Position numbers and translations under genes: made by a program
NCBI RefSeq assembly: GCF_036321535.1
Contig: NC_087472.1
Coordinates: forward strand, 102,674,001 to 102,738,000
From: Camelus dromedarius
Taxonomy: Eukaryota
Direction of reading: 5' to 3'
Length of the DNA: 64,000 bases
The notes under the pieces: generated by a model
What the model was told of the DNA's origin: nothing
What the model saw: only the letters and a program-made list of their open reading frames with translations
Databases searched by the model: none
In this document: positions 63,040 through 64,000 of the stretch, piece by piece
Numbering within the stretch: the first letter of the stretch is position 1
Layout: each line of letters starts with the position of its first letter

Positions 63040-63500
63040 CAGGAGATAGACCATTCATTTCACTGCTGAATAGCATTCCATTGTATTTGCCTCTGTATTA
63101 TGATTTATGTATCCAATCTACTATTTGATGGATGTCTGTATTGATTCTTTTATTTACTGTTAATACAAACATGATTCTATGATCATAAGTGTTTCCTGGT
63201 ACTCATGTACAAGAGCTTTCCAGGATCTATTTCCAGAAACAGACTAAATTGGTGGTGGTACATTATGTGCATATTTATTTTTAGTAGCATTATCTCCTAA
63301 AGTGGATGGGTCAAGTGACCATTAATTCTTATTAATCTGTAAATTATTTTAGATTTTCTTATGAATAAGAGTTTTTCTCAACCCCTAGATGTTTTAATTG
63401 TCTGCCATGCCTTCCTGCAATGGCTAATAAGTATCTCTAGTACAATGTTGAAGAAGTGGTAATGATGGACCCTTTTGTATTGTTTTGAAATTCTGATGTA
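63040..63500 (-). mobile_element. Ancient L1 fragments
   Basis: 'ttcactgctgaatagcattccattgta' and 'ctctagtacaatgttgaa'. Confidence 0.65.
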
Positions 63501-63519
63501 TTTTAAAGTAAATTTATTA

Positions 63520-63843
63520 TAGCTTTCACTCTTTTAAAATATTATTTTGTTTTCCAGCTCTTAAAATAATGATATTTCTTATAAAGCCAAATACCATGAT
63601 CACTTTAGCAAAATTAACATTCCCATGATATAATCTAAGAAATCTCAACAGGTGAAACTTTTTTCTTGGAGGCATATGTGAAAAAATCTTACTCTTTTTA
63701 TATCTGAAGCACAAATATACATACAGTACATAAACAGATACATATCGGTGGTACTAAAATTTCTTTTGGGAAACAATTAGCAAAACAATGTTTAAAAAAG
63801 TTCATTGAGGGGATGATTATGAAAAACTGGTTGAGAAACACTG
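63520..63843. mobile_element. hAT-Charlie fragment
   Basis: Terminus 'ggttgagaaacactg'. Confidence 0.45.
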
Positions 63844-64000
63844 ATAAAATCTAACACACAGTCCCTATCTAAAATTTCCCAACTTCCCCCCCAAAATTCT
63901 TTCAACTGATAATTATGTATACTGGATACAAATCCTTAGTAAGACATATATATTGCAAATATTTTCTTTTATGTGTATTGCCTTTGTCTTTTCATATTTC

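Overview
Mammalian, repeat-rich non-coding DNA (intergenic or deep intronic). It is most likely camelid, based on two tRNA-derived Vic-1-type SINEs and young artiodactyl-type L1s. I could not identify any host protein-coding exon, RNA gene or prokaryote-type system. Every long ORF in the track is LINE-1 ORF1/ORF2 debris or a chance frame inside a repeat. Contents: a dense L1 block (about 34.9-57.2 kb), two young 5'-truncated L1s (22.0-25.7 kb on -, 54.7-57.2 kb on +), a cluster of solo ERV LTRs (8.9-16.1 kb), and many ancient MIR, L2, MaLR and hAT/Tigger fossils. Two observations stand out. (1) A ~1.6 kb CpG-island-like GC peak at 32.9-34.5 kb is built from an ancient L2 plus L1M and MER5 fossils that appear rewritten AT->GC, the expected footprint of GC-biased gene conversion. 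(2) Two oppositely oriented L1 copies ~13 kb apart share frameshifts, a stop codon and a 15-nt in-frame micro-inversion over ~1.2 kb but not in their 3' UTRs, which suggests ectopic gene conversion or an inversion breakpoint. Repeat family names were assigned by eye from remembered consensus motifs, and boundaries of old repeats are approximate.
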